DNA of 56,265 nt, filler included, from Sphacelaria rigidula (taxonomy: Eukaryota), in assembly GCA_964200075.2 (NCBI GenBank). It is 7 parts of 7 records of this genome, joined end to end, with 100 filler letters (N's around TTAATTAATTAA, not from the genome) between each part and the next. Parts side by side here need not be neighbours in the genome. Positions count along the whole stretch, not along the records: positions 1 to 7,953 come from CAXNAA020012863.1; positions 8,054 to 16,006 come from CAXNAA020012864.1; 5 more parts are not named here. One strand, written 5' to 3'. Below the pieces are notes generated by a model. It saw only the letters and a list, made by a program, of their open reading frames with translations. It was not told the origin of the DNA and did not search any database. Below are positions 1 to 13,298 of the stretch, in pieces. Made by a program: the position numbers and the translations under genes. How positions within the stretch are numbered: position 1 is the stretch's first letter; each line of letters opens with the position of its first letter.

Positions 1-1277
1 TTCCAACCTGTACAAAACTGCTTGTCGATAGGACTCGGGGCTGGTCGATATGGGGCCAATCGCCTGTCAAAAGGGGATTGTGAAAAAGGGGATTATCCCC
101 TTCGTTAAGACAGGCCCTAAGGGTTAAACTGAACTGGTCGGTTTCAGAGAAAACCTCTCTTCAACCGAATATATGGGTTTTTGGAAGTCCTTGGAGGGCC
201 GGTTGTGCCATGGTGCCGAATCAAAGTGTTGAAACAGCATTTTTTCATATCGTTTACACAATATTATTGTGCGCTACAGAACCCACATCCAGCACGATCC
301 CCCATCCTTGTGATGATGAAGAAATCGATATATTCCGCGTTATCGAAGTTATCCCCACATCATCACTACTAGAATAAAGCAGTCGTACGCCAAAAAAAAA
401 AAAGTCAATTATCAAGATTCCCGCCGACAACAATCATGGGCACCTCATATATCTTTCGACGGTTCAACAGGGTTTAGTGCTTTATTTTCAGTACAAATCA
501 AGGGTTATTTTGCTTGTGGGTTTCTCCGCTGTGTCTGCTTGAACCAGCCTGAAACTTGGCACAGAGGTAGACCACACGACAGACAGCATAGTCCCGGAGC
601 GGCGGCATGTTTCACGAGGTGAGCTAGTAAAACGAAGCGAAACACGGACTTTGGGCAATGCCATCGATACGCCCTCAAAACGCAGTCCTCTCGGCCCAGA
701 CTGCGTGAGACGTCAGTGGATGCATATGTTCACACGCAGATGCGCTCACTTCCTGCTGGGTGGCTCCTGCCTCGGCAAACGAATACATCGATCCGTATTG
801 CGGACCTATGGATGATGTCATTCTACGCGGTACCTATCTTGTCATCGCCTGTAGAGGTGCTCACTTCAGGACACACGGCCGTGCAAGCGCTGTTAGTGCT
901 TTTGCGTGCTGAAACTTCGACCATATTTCATGTAGACTACAGACAACAACCCTTCCTTGCTGAATCTGGGGTTGCGCAGTGTGTGCGTGGGTATTGGGGC
1001 GAAAAGACTTCGGATTCTGTTCCGAAAATGTTTTTTTTCTTTTGGTTTTAGACTGAGAGCGGCCAACCCAACACATGCACGCCACACACACGTTACATCT
1101 CGGAATCAATAACAAAATAAGGCAAAATACAGAAAACCACACATACTGTACTCCTCCTCATTCCTAGACCGCGAGATTAGTCTTTCTGGATCATGCATAC
1201 TTTTTTTCACTTGAAATTGATGCCGGTTCAACAGAAGACTAACCCCGCGATCTAAGGATTCAACTGAGCTCTCTTAA

Positions 1278-1452
1278 CCCTTCGACCGCGAGTTTAGTCT
1301 TTTTGGATCACGCATAACTTTTTTTTGCACTCGAAATTGGTGCCGATTCAACAGAAGGCCAACCTCGTAAGTCGCCTCCTGAATCGGCATCAATATCCAC
1401 TTGGACAAAGTATGCGTGATCTTGATGGACAACCCGCACCGCGGTCCAAGGG
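1278..1452. mobile_element. piggyBac-type MITE (175 bp)
   Basis: TTAA (1274-1277) CCCTTCGACCGCG ... CGCGGTCCAAGGG TTAA (1453-1456): 13-bp TIR with 1 mismatch, CCC termini and TTAA TSD. A diverged partial copy lies just upstream (about 1167-1250). Confidence 0.8.
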
Positions 1453-4400
1453 TTAAACCGTGACCCCCACTGTACTAGCACAAATAAGAAGTCTAGATGT
1501 ATTGCGGTTTTTCTTCCTAGGCGCATGCCTAGCTGATTGTGCGAGCAAGTGCCATCAACGACACTTTGAGTGACCGTCTGCTTCTTCGCCTAGATGGATC
1601 ACTGTCAGCCTTAGGTGCTTTGCGCACACCATTTTTTAGGGGGTTGATGTGAGCGGTTCTTCTCATGTTGGTAACGATTATTCCGATTCTGTTCGCCTGG
1701 GCATTCTTCGGACTGTGTCCGGCGGCAGGCCCGACAAACAAGGACACCACGCATGATATCACCGCACTGCATCGCCCACCGCATCTCGAAAGATTCGAAG
1801 GAGTAGACCTGTAGCTTTGATCGTATATCTATGGTTGACAACATGACTACACTACTTATTTTTTGAATCGAGAAAGTTCTGAGAAAAGTCGTGATTTGAG
1901 ACAGCCGAGCAGTGGACCCAGCTTGTCCAGAACGTGCTCTTGTCTGAATCGGCGCCTGCGGCGTCGATTTCAGGTCTGCCAACGCACACTTTGCCAGGGA
2001 AATTTATACACCCCCCTTGCCCAACTTATGCACCATCCTTGCCCGAGAGTCTAGGTCGGGGTTAAGGTTAGCGTTGTTGTTAGCTTGTTAAAAAAATCAG
2101 CCAACGACCAAAACTTTAGGTCGCACACGAACTCCCGACAAACATAAACGACGCCTGCACCCCAACTAATCCGGGGAAAAGTCCTGTGGTGATCAACCAT
2201 TCATATGAACATTGTCCCGTATTTGTGACGACGCAACAATTCTTTCTTGCGCGCGTGATCAGGTTCAACTGCGTTCTTGCCAGGCTCAGGTGCAAAACCT
2301 CAATGCAATCACACACCCATCACCACCTACTTTGAGGCTGGGATTGAGCGTTGGTTTGTAGCCTGCGATTCTTGAACGACCGGTGTGTTGAGTTGCCGCC
2401 ACTACTTCTCCGTCGGTGCTTGGTGAGGGCCGCAGGTCAGTGCTATCTTGCTTCGATTTTTATACGATGAACAAAGGGCATGTCAACATACTATAATAGC
2501 AGCTATGTTGCCATCGCCCTGTACAACCATGTTGTGGAAGCCCCTTGACGATGAACGAAACAACCTGTCTGACCGATTGGCAAGCCCGTTGATCAAAGCG
2601 ATGATGCAGCGATGTCCAACCTCTTTCAGCCCCTGACTTGTAACTCAAGCTCGGCGTCAAGAAGTGCAGCCCATGTCTCGTACCCACTGCCGCACCGTTT
2701 CAGCCGTTCCTGTCCAGTCTAGTTATCCCGGTAGGGTGGTCTTTTACATGTTGTGAGTTGGGAACGGTCAGGAGTAGCCTTCATAGAGCTAGACTTGCAA
2801 TCAAATCCATACTCAACTGCATTTACCGTCTGTACTCTTCGGTGCTCTTCGATACTGTGCGTCAGTCTCCAACAAGCCCCGGCGGGTGCCTACATAGAGA
2901 GACCGATTGTAGCATCCCCCGATGTGTTTACCCGGAAAAGTTTACCCTTTTGCCAAATACCCATTTCGATTCTTCACGTGCTCGTGAACACGACGGTTAC
3001 TTGATTTTGACGGACTGTTCCGGTATTGCAGTTGAGGGTGTGCACTTTTTAGGAAACCACCGTGAAATGCCGTGGTACAATGATCATTGGATATTTAGTG
3101 CAGCCAGTTTCAAGAGCACACCGAGTTATGACGATACTCGCGTACAATGATACATTTTTACGGAGAGGCGACCATCCTACGGTCTTCGGTTCTGTGGGGG
3201 TTATTCGTGACAAGAGGAGGGAAAAGGCGATCCACCACAACTTGCCTGTGGTAGGTTCTTCAATTCTAGACTAGTATGGGCGGTAGCTCCGAATTGCATC
3301 GAAATTGTATTTGTTTATCACACACTAAATTTCATTCGAGACCCTCGCTTGCTTGCCTTATATTGTTCGCATTTCATTTATAGGTATCCCAATCTCGAGG
3401 CTCCCGGTATTAAACAGCATTTTACCGTCAAATATACCCGGAACCCCGCAACCTTTGAGATATCTCTATGAGTATTGTTCGGTTGTTTTGTGGCCAGTTT
3501 CGCCTGAGAGAGGGGTACACCGCGATTGTGGTGTGAAACATGTGGAAGGTTCTTGACTCGTCCTATCATGTGTGCTGTAGAGTTGCGAGCTGTGTGCAAG
3601 TCTGGCCAGCAGGAAATACCTCACCCATTATTGAAAAAAATTATCCGAGGAATGCGCACAGAAACTGCAAAGGAGGGTTGGAATACGAACGCGAAGTGTC
3701 AAGACACGCTGAGTGGATGCATAGATCCAGCGGTGTTCTCGACTCGTTCGGCGCATTTCATCGAAGATGCAAGACACATACCGCGCGAGCGTGTGTAACT
3801 GACCCAGGACTGACCTCACGCAGGGATCCAGCCGTGGTCACATGATGGACATACTCAAGACAAAACAAAACTGAAAAAAAAACTCGGTTTCTGTGAGTTG
3901 TTTTTTCTCGTTTGAGCACCACAGTCAGTAGTGGGGGGCACGGTTCAAGAGAGGGGTGTGCCAAGCCGCCTTGGCCTTTGAACATGACTCTCGGGTTGTT
4001 TCTAGGGAGGTTTTCTGATTAACCGCAGACCGTGTGCTCGGTTTACGAGTAAACTCCTCTTAAAACGATACATATAGGTTTTAGTCGTGAAATCAAGAGA
4101 TCTGGAAGGTACGCGTGTGTCGTGGCGACTCATTCAACTTTTGAAATAACCCACACTTAGCAGTAGTATTCAGTTATATGTTGTGCGATACTTGTACAGG
4201 GCCCACACCCAGCACGACTCCTCCTTGATATGATGTGGGAGGACACCACTGCTGTGTTCCGTGGACTAGAAGCTACTGCTCCAACATCTGAACATGCTGG
4301 TCAAGAGAACACGAGAGAGATTACAGAAGTACTGCTGTACAGCTGACTGTTGTGCTTTTATTAATACCTTTGTGGTATTGCTGTACTCTACTGTACTCTA

Positions 4401-4501
4401 CTGTACTACTCTGTGCTGTACTGTACCGGCATCACACAAATCCAATCTCGGAACCAAAAGAGCGAGAGAGAAAACGGAAGAATAGAAAAGCAGAAAACCC
4501 A

Positions 4502-5251
4502 CATTTGAAAATCGGGTATCGGTACTCGATACGATTTCGATAATAACGGTCGATGCGACGTATCGGTATCGCCGATTCCCAAGCCGATATTTGTCGATTG
4601 GTATCGATATCGGATATTGATATAGTCGATATATTTATTTTTTTATTTTACGGGGGGGGGGGTAGACAGCACATCGTCGCACCGCCCATCACCCCACTGC
4701 CCACCACCCCGCAACCCACCACACTCCACACACATGACACATCACACAGTCACTTGCTGCGAACCACACCGGTCTGCAACATGAGCCGCGTTCAGCCTTT
4801 CGGCTTTGTGAAAGGCGGTAATGCAGAGTCTGCGGTCGACGTTTCTGCCGAACCGTCTGTATCTGTGTCTGCTATGGCTGCTGCTGCTGCTGCTGCTGCT
4901 GCTGCACCAGCGGCCGCCCCAGTGCCCTCAACCAAGAGTGGAGAGAGCGAGCAAGCAGAGTTACCCGCGAAGGTTTAGGTGTCTGGAGAGTATACTTCGT
5001 TGTGTAGCCGTCAACGAAAAAATTGCACCCATCCTGCCGACTTATCCCTTGGTATCAGTGTACGGTAGTGCCGTGAGGTCTTGCCATCTGTGTCTCCACC
5101 AAAACGGCCGTATCGTATCGTATCGAGTATCAGTATCGATACGCATCGGGTCATTTTGCGCGTATCGAAAAAATATCGGTTTCGACGTCTTGAGGTCGAT
5201 TCGTTGAAAATATCGTATCGATTTTTTTTTTCCGTTCGGTATTCAACACTG
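4502..5251. mobile_element. hAT-like non-autonomous element with subterminal TATCG/CGATA repeats
   Basis: Dense TATCG/CGATA clusters at 4510-4635 and 5105-5225; right end CAACACTG is hAT-like; left terminus degenerate; contains a short Ala-rich ATG-started ORF (4781-4978). Confidence 0.5.
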
Positions 5252-5549
5252 AGAAAACGACATACAAGCGCTACAGCGGCACAGAAACCGACCGAAGCTA
5301 ACAGAGGTCCAGGCGTGTGGTCCTGCGAGATTTTGCATAACGAACCCGCTGCGCAAGGCATCCGTCGCCAGCGTAGCTTTGAGCTGTTTATCGACTACAG
5401 TACCGCTGTACAGTGCGACAACAGACTGCTGCACTGGTTATCAACAACAGCGGGCTAAAAGAGCGGAGGAATGAAGGGTAGGTGCGGATAAACGAGGTTC
5501 GTTTTTAGAGAGTGGCGTGCCGAGCCATTTGGAAGTTTCTTAAACCGGC

Positions 5550-6220
5550 AATTAAGAGCCGATCATAGAAATTGAGGATGGAGCTTGTCATTGAGGACGA
5601 AAACCCGGCAAATCTTCGTATCCACACAAAATCTTCGAAATATGGCTCCGTTTCTTCACCTACTGGTAGCTATTGACAACTACAATACTAAACGTTGCAC
5701 AAATTCGGATTTCGATAACGGAAATATTGGGATCCTAGGTGAAAAACCAGTTTCGGTCAACGCCACGGTAGCATTGCACTTTTTGCGCGAAATATTGTCT
5801 GGTGGTTCAGGGGCTCCTAAATATTCTAGATGCACAAGAATATGGGTCAGGGCACCCCCGTTTGCAAATTCATTCGGGACATCCCTAGAACATCGGAATA
5901 ATAGTAATCCTAGCGTACTCTCACATATTTCAGAAGTCATGTTTTGGATTAAATAAAGGGCTCCTAACAATTATCAGCTCAGAAAGTATTTGTGCACCCC
6001 TACCGTAGCATCCCTCCAAAAAAAAATGTCCCAGGAACCCGACATTTCGGTTATCGAAATCAAAATTTGCAGGGCGTGTAGCAGTTGCCAACAGCTACCA
6101 GCAGGTGAAGGAATGAAACCATATGTCAAAGACTTGGTGTGAATACGGAGATTTTAATCCTCCGGGTTCTCATCCTCAATGAAAAGCTCCACCCTCAATC
6201 TCGATGATCGGCTGTCAATT
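5550..6220. mobile_element. MITE/foldback element with TIRs of about 190 bp
   Basis: 5550-5740 is the diverged reverse complement of 6030-6220. The internal segment 5955-6012 recurs inverted at 48151-48214. Confidence 0.75.
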
Positions 6221-6254
6221 CTCTTGAACATATCTCTGGCCCCCGCTGTTGTAC

Positions 6255-6365
6255 ACGTTCCTTCTTCGGTGCTTGCAATATTTTTTGTCGCGAAAAGGGT
6301 TCAGCGGTTCCTTTCCCTTGTCGACCGTGCAGTCGAGCTTTGTGTTAGACCGCAAAGTCGGGTTT
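6255..6365 (-). mobile_element. tRNA-derived SINE, central fragment
   Basis: Matches the GTCGAC-AGGGAAAGG..GCTGAACCCT..CGCGA core of the SINE at 38371-38730. Confidence 0.7.
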
Positions 6366-6964
6366 TTTGTATCCACGACACAGTATTGCGTTTCAAAATG
6401 TCGTCGCTTGACAGTCCTGGCAAACATGGGCAGTGGACAGAGAGGGATCAGGGGGGGGTCGTGGATTTTACCGCATTGTTGGTGTTTAATTTTAGTGTGG
6501 TGTAAATGCGGATCTCTATTGGGGGTGCTGTGCTCCTAGCGTATTCCTAGCGTGTGCAAAACACGGTAGTGTCTCACTCTGCGCCGGGTCCCAAACTGAC
6601 CAGCTACTTGCTAGCGTCTGCCGTAGCCATGCAACAGGGCAAACATAACGACTTCAATCCACTTTGGTGTGAGGTGCGGTGAGTTGGTCGCTGGCTCAAC
6701 AAGGTACATTCAGCGAAGTGATCAACAATTAAAAAATTCCATGGCTGAAGGTACTTTGTTCTCCTCTACGCCGCATTTAGGCCGTGTCTTTGAGTGTCTC
6801 TTCATCCTGTGACGGCGAGCATTGCTCATCTTTTGAATCGGCTCCAATTGCACTTCGAAAAGAATGCATGATCCAGATAGACTACCCTTTCGGAAGAAAA
6901 AAAAACGTTCGATCTAATGAGGCAGGGTAAATCGTCATTATTCAAGCCGCGTCTTAGACTAACT

Positions 6965-7365
6965 CCAAAAATCCTCTTAAAAACTGCCTCTTAAGACCTT
7001 CCCCGTCGATTTACAAAGAGGGCTAAGCGGATGCCGACACCTGGTCGCTATACTCGTGGAGACCCTTACAGGGCAGCTTTGCATCTCCCGCTGGCCACAG
7101 TTTTTTTTGGGCCAAACTTGCATTTGAAAAAAGTCCAGTCTGGTCCAGTGATGAAAAAGATGCGAAATACTAGCAATTTTTTCATCACTTGGTCGTTTTT
7201 ATCGAAAATGCGAGTTTGACCAAAAACAAAACTGCGGCCAGCGGGGAAACGAGGAATTGCCCAGGAACGGACTCAACGAGTAGAGCAAATCATTCCAAGG
7301 TGTCAACATCCACCTAGTAAACCGACGGAGAAGCCCAAAAGGCAGTTTTCAACAGGATTTCTGGA
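6965..7365. mobile_element. Palindromic (foldback) MITE
   Basis: Two diverged arms mirror around about 7165 (e.g. CCCGCTGGCCACAGTTTT / AAAACTGCGGCCAGCGGG); arms are homologous to the foldback at 51630-52110. Confidence 0.7.
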
Positions 7366-7953
7366 CCCCCCCCATCCGAGTTGGCCTTAACAATGAACAG
7401 CCGATTCTGAATTTTGGGGTAAAACACTAGATTGGGGTTCAACCCCAATTCCAAAAATGGAGAATTCACGCCAAGCAGTATCTTCGCAACCAGAGTTTCT
7501 GTTGCTGTTACGCCGGTGTGGTTGGGTGCGCCAAATGAGTACGTTGCACACGCGTGTCGATGACCATATCACCAGAGGAGCGACGGCGGAGAGGAAGCTC
7601 CTCGCCGGTGTCCTTTATGTGTCCTCGTTCAGCGATTCCAAATCGCTGCAGAGATTGGCATCATGTTATGGTACTAGCACATACCCAGGTTGCCATGTGT
7701 GGGCAGGCGGGTTATTGTAGCACAGCCGCGGGAACACGATCGCGGGATGCCCCGGTTGTCGTCTCCTGTCTGTGGCGCTGACCACTGCAAGAATCGATTT
7801 CTCTCGCCTCTCTGCTTGGATAGGAAGTGCTTCTGTGCGCAGTAGAACACGTCGTCGAAAAGCAGGGTAATGTTCCCGTCACCGCTACTGTTCTCTCACG
7901 CACACACACGAGTTACGCTACGGTAGGGGAGGGGGGGGGGGGGGGGGGGGACC

Positions 7954-8053
7954 NNNNNNNNNNNNNNNNNNNNNNNNNNNNNNNNNNNNNNNNNNNNTTA
8001 ATTAATTAANNNNNNNNNNNNNNNNNNNNNNNNNNNNNNNNNNNNNNNNNNNN
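7954..8053. other. Artificial contig spacer (N44-TTAATTAATTAA-N44)
   Basis: Exactly 100 bp with a six-frame stop linker; identical at all six junctions. Confidence 0.98.

Positions 8054-8118
<65 letters not shown>
8054..8118. repeat. Poly-G run at contig end
   Basis: Homopolymer that produces the spurious poly-Pro ORFs. Confidence 0.9.
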
Positions 8119-8119
<1 letters not shown>

Positions 8120-10124
8120 AAAAATAGTAAATGGCGGTGGGTCGTTCCATCCTGTTTTCGGACAAGAGAGGGTCTCCTGCGCAGCCCTTATTGCCCGCGG
8201 CACTGTTTGGCCTATAAGCGAGCCTCAGAGTAATGAAAGTCGATTGACGTGCACTGCCTGGGCTATGGTCGTCTCGCCTTCGTGTAAGGATTGGATTTAC
8301 ATAGATTTGGGAGGAGCACGGGCAGAGTCCGTACCTGTGTTTTGCCACTACACAATTTCGGTTGAAAAAGGGGTTGCTTGACCGATTTTTGTCTTTTGTC
8401 TCCCACAAGACGCTGAGTTGCAGTGTCTTGGAAAGGCGTTCGAGTTGGGTTTCACATATAAAACTGGCGTGCGTGTGCCGTCATGTAATTACAACCGTTC
8501 ACAACCGCCGCAGCCAATGAGCGGAAGAACAGCGCATTCGGGGACATCAGGAGTGCTTTTGTGTACTGCAGTATTCCGAGTATAGTACACATACATGCGG
8601 TAAACTCAAGAAAGGGGGTGAATCTGTGAAATAACACCAACTGTGTGTGTACGCATGGATGTTGACTTGAAGGGAAAACTAATACAGGACGATACAGGAA
8701 TACTCCTACAGTACAGATGTCAAAATAGTCCACGGACAGCAGTATGTACCACGTACTGTACTCGTGGTTTCTTGTAGAATGGTACAGCAGTGTCATGTGG
8801 TGATGCCCCTTGATAGCAAGTGGCTACTACATATACAACGGTTTCTGTCTTCAGAAAGCATCCACACAGTCGAGCATGCGCGGTGCTTGGCCGGCCGCAT
8901 ATACCGTGCCACGGCCAGCCCTGCACGCGTCAACATTCCGTCATCGAATGAGTATCGGTCTTTTATTCGTATTTCTTTCTTGTACCGGGGAGTGGGGGGT
9001 AGGCGAGACAAGGCAGAAAAGCAAACTTACAGGTAGGTGGCATCGCGCGTTTTATGTCTCCCTGGCTTTTGTTTGGATTCTTTCACCTGGGATCGTCAAC
9101 TGTTCGTCTTCAAGGGAAACTTCAGATTTTCGCGAGAACTTTGGTATCCGTAACAAGTGGTGAGACGAAACTTCTACACAAAGAGTGACGAAAACCACTC
9201 TTGTTGGAGATTTTTGTTCGTCATGTGAAGCGGCCTCGGCAGCACTCTAGAACTCGGATTTTCACAAATGATCGATCAATCCTCGTGACGGTTTCACTGC
9301 CGGAACAAGCGTTTTGTAGTAGCTTGCCACTGGGGCCTCTGATATTCCTGCGTAGCATATCGACGTGTGGCTTCAAGCATATACAGCATCATCACTGGCG
9401 AGTGAGCACACACGCACAAAATGAAACATTGGAGAAGCTGAAACGTATCATACCATGAACTGAGTCAAATGCGAGACACCCAATCCGGTGAAACGGTTGT
9501 TCGAGGAAGGTGGGTCACCTAGAGTTTGTTGTGATAGACACGTATATTCAATATTCCTCTTATCGTGCCGACATGTGCAAAACCTCACGGAAAATATGAT
9601 ACCGTTTAAAACCTTCGCTCTAATATTCACACATAAACTGACAATGTTTGGAAAGGTCGTTGCTGGCTCACGGACGAAACTTGAGAATATTGCCAAGAGT
9701 TGTTCCGCATTGACAGGATATATACATGGGGATGAAGACGCAGTCTCTCGGGTGAACAGGTATCTTGCGTGTATGGTGCGCAATTTCTCAAGGGAAACAA
9801 CTTCTTCACGTATGCTGGTCACATATGTTCCAGACAGGTATTACACGGAAAAGCAGGTACTCTCCGCCTGATATCCATATGTCATGAAGTGAACGGGTAT
9901 TCTGCGTGTGCTTGGCAGATACGTGCTGAGGTGAACATAGGTTCCACATGCCGCGATTTTGCACTGTTTGTCCGCACTGTACAGTACTGTAGCCCATGTA
10001 CATCAGGACCTTCATTGTACAGGCAGTACAGGTAGTAGTATAGTCGTGTACTGCAGCTGCGCAAACTATCGGTGTACAGAGGTACCGTATAAATAGCAGG
10101 TTGTGTGAATGCCACAGTGTAGAT

Positions 10125-10540
10125 GGGGGAGGGCGGTGTACTCATGATCTTGCATGCCGTGGTCATGAGGCCACTCATCTCGCACCCTTACACAGCCGCG
10201 ACGGATTACGCTAGTTTTTTGCAGGACCACGCTCGCAATGGCGCCGTGATGTGTTCGACGAGTCGCATGAGGGGTGATCTGCAACCTGCTAAGATTGTGC
10301 CGCCCGAAGCGTACTACTCGTGATGATCTTGCGCATGGATGACAGCTTCGAATGAGATCTTGTGATAATCAGCTTACAACTTGACCACACCCTCGAATAC
10401 GTTTACTTTTTCTTGGTATCGCCACTCCCTGAGGCAGCCACGGGTTACACTGCTTCATAGTGTCTCGCCATCAAAATGTTCACGCCATCAGTGGCATGTT
10501 TTACAGCGAGGTTGCCAACCGACGTCAACCCCTAAGAGAG
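10125..10540 (+). repeat. Interspersed repeat family A (GGGGTGTACTCATGATCTTGCA...), copy 1
   Basis: Homologous to 10560-11170 and 29800-30115, and inverted to 24497-24830 and 32280-32415. Confidence 0.8.
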
Positions 10541-10559
10541 GAGATGAAGGGGGCGACGA

Positions 10560-11170
10560 TAGGGGGGTGTACTCATGATCTTGCACCCCATTGTCATTAG
10601 ACCAGTTACCTCGCATCCCTTCAAAGCCAGGACGGAGCACGCCGGCTTTTCGCCTGCCCAGGCTCGCAATCAATCACCAAGCGCGAAGCGCCGTGGTGTG
10701 CTCGGCGAGTAGCATGAAGGGTGAGCTGCATCCTCCTGAGACTGTTCGGTCGGAAGCGTACTGATTGCCTTGCATATGGATGACAGCCTCCAATGAGGTG
10801 TTTCTTTTCTGGTGTCGCCACTTCCAGAGACAGCCACGGCGCATACACTGCCTCATGGGTGTCTCACCACTTGAACACTAAGTAGTATGATCATCTCCCT
10901 TGCGCAGGGTTGACGTTTTCCCACTCCACATGATATGATCTACTAGCTCTACCACAGCATCATGGTTCCCGTGAAAAAAACGCAAGCGCGCGAAAAACAA
11001 ATCGGTAAACTGGTTGCCTAGCTTACGCAGTGAGTGGCGTATTTTGCAAGCGTCATCGCCAACCGACGCCGATCCCATGGGGGATTCCGCCCCTACAAAG
11101 CCGGGACGGGGCAGTATGAGGAAGCATGATACGCGCCACAAAAGTCGCGGCTGTATATTATCAGGCACAT
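10560..11170 (+). repeat. Interspersed repeat family A, copy 2 (longest)
   Basis: Direct repeat of 10125-10475 with a further 3' extension shared with 24497-24830. Confidence 0.8.
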
Positions 11171-13298
11171 ACTCGAGATGCTTGACGCAGGGTGGGCCCA
11201 CAGTAATTTTTCGGGGTGCCTTTGTTATGCCCGTTAATGTGCGGTGAAGGATGAGGCCCAATCTCATCGAAGCTATTTTTTCGTACATATCCGGATTCTT
11301 CGGGGCTGACGAGGTACTTGATACCTCCCGAGTGTTTGGCGAACGCCGCGACGTACACAACAGAGGAGCTCTCCGAAGTGCTGCGTGGCAGTCCTAATTT
11401 TCAGGACTTGTCGTCCAAAATGAAGCTTTGGAGAAAGGAAAAAAAAAAGTTGAGAGACGCCTGGATGCGGCGTCCGAAAAGTCCGGAAAAAATTGAAACG
11501 TCTGAACAGACAGTGTCGACGATAATGGGCCCAAGCCATGCATTCCGTCGTTGGTTAGAGCGTCCTGCTGCACACAACTACTGCGACGCAAGACACCCAA
11601 AGTCTCTGCATTATGATAGGTTGCGTCTGAAGGTGTGCACAAGATATGCGTGTATTGCATGCTGTTTTTTCCTGTGCCTGGAACCAACTGTACTGTAATG
11701 TCTGTGACCTGACGTGATATGTTCGTCTTTGCTCGTGTTTTGACTCCTTGAGCGCTCAGAGCTTTGAGTTCCGAGAATCTCGTCTCACAATGCCGAGAAC
11801 AATTAGACCATAGCAAAAAAAATCTCAAGCGACCCCTGCATGATCCCTGGGCCCTAGACCGGACCAAATCAACGGAACACATGACTTTCTCCCACGAGCT
11901 ATGCCTCTTCCTCCCACCCCGCAACCAGGCGATGTTCCCGGACCCAAGATGAATTTGTCACGATTTCATTACTTGGGGCTGAAGCTGAGTAACAAGAGGT
12001 TCACCATGTATAAGTAAAATAATAATAAACAAGTCTGAGAGAGACCTGCCTAATCACCGCGAGGCGAAATTTATCGATCACATCCGAACGACCAGCGGAA
12101 GGGGGCTGCCAAATGGAGTGATGTCACTGCAAAGTTGGTGTACCCTGTCCCTAGCCCACAAAAAAGCCTTCAAAGCAAAGAAAGCCCAAGTGGTCGGGAC
12201 TCGGATTCCTGATTTTTTTTCATCATTTACTCGCATTTTATATACGTCCGACGTCTCATCTCCCGATATGTTTTTGGGTCACCGAAACCCAGTTCATAAC
12301 ACCAACACGTGGTGCTAGGAGGAAATTCGATAATAAATCAAGGATGCCGAGTACCCCAGATTAGACTAAAACTTACCGTAATTTCCTGAAATCAGCAATT
12401 TTAATAGCTTACCTCTATTTACCGCAAAACCGGGGATGATTCGTGGTGTTTCCCCGGGTTTCCACAGTTATACACTAAAATCAGTATATAAACGCAAGAG
12501 TACACTAAAACCAGTATATTAACGCCAGAGAGTAGGTTCGAACGCACGTTTCGCGTTTGTAATGCACTTCTCATGTATGTATAGCAGTACACATGTACTC
12601 CGGTGTATTGCTAAGTACGTATCATGTATATCTACATGTATGGATGCATTTGTTGATGCTTGTACTACGTATATTGCATGTTTATATGTTTATTGTAGAC
12701 TAGTTCGCATCACGTGTTTCGCATACATTGCGTATGTACTTGTACGCAAGGTACGAAGTACAAGTACTTCGAGTACATTTTACCACGTCGCTTTGTCGTA
12801 CCAATAATCTTTCTTGTACCAAACTTCCGCACAAACTTTCCACACCATCCTATCACTGCTATCTTATTGTCGCCTTGTCGCCGCCGGTCTATTTTCAATA
12901 TGTGACTGCAAGTACGTCCGATGAAGCGTGCTGTCAGCCTGGTAAACCTAGCAATCGCGCGCAAATTACAAGATGCTCTCATTCTTCGTATACACACGCA
13001 CAACATGGAACCATTCCGGCTTGTAACCAAGTATCTCCTGTATCATACTGCCCTCGCCATGCTCGTCACAGTTTTGCAACGCTGCGAGCGAAATGTTGGC
13101 CCGTGGATGCGACCGAAATTCGGGACCCTGATTTACCGCCAAAATATGTATTACCTACCCCCCATAGGTGTTACTGATAATTATGGGTGCACAGGTAATC
13201 GACATCTTTGGAATGAATATACCCTGCTATATATGTGGTCATGTTCACGAGGCGACTGAATCTGGCAATGATGTGGGACGAGAGACGGAGCTAGAGGC

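Noticed and set aside
3540..3700. BED-finger-like fragment (VCCRVASC..GNTS)
   Set aside because: The histidine ligands and supporting transposase context are missing; too weak to call.
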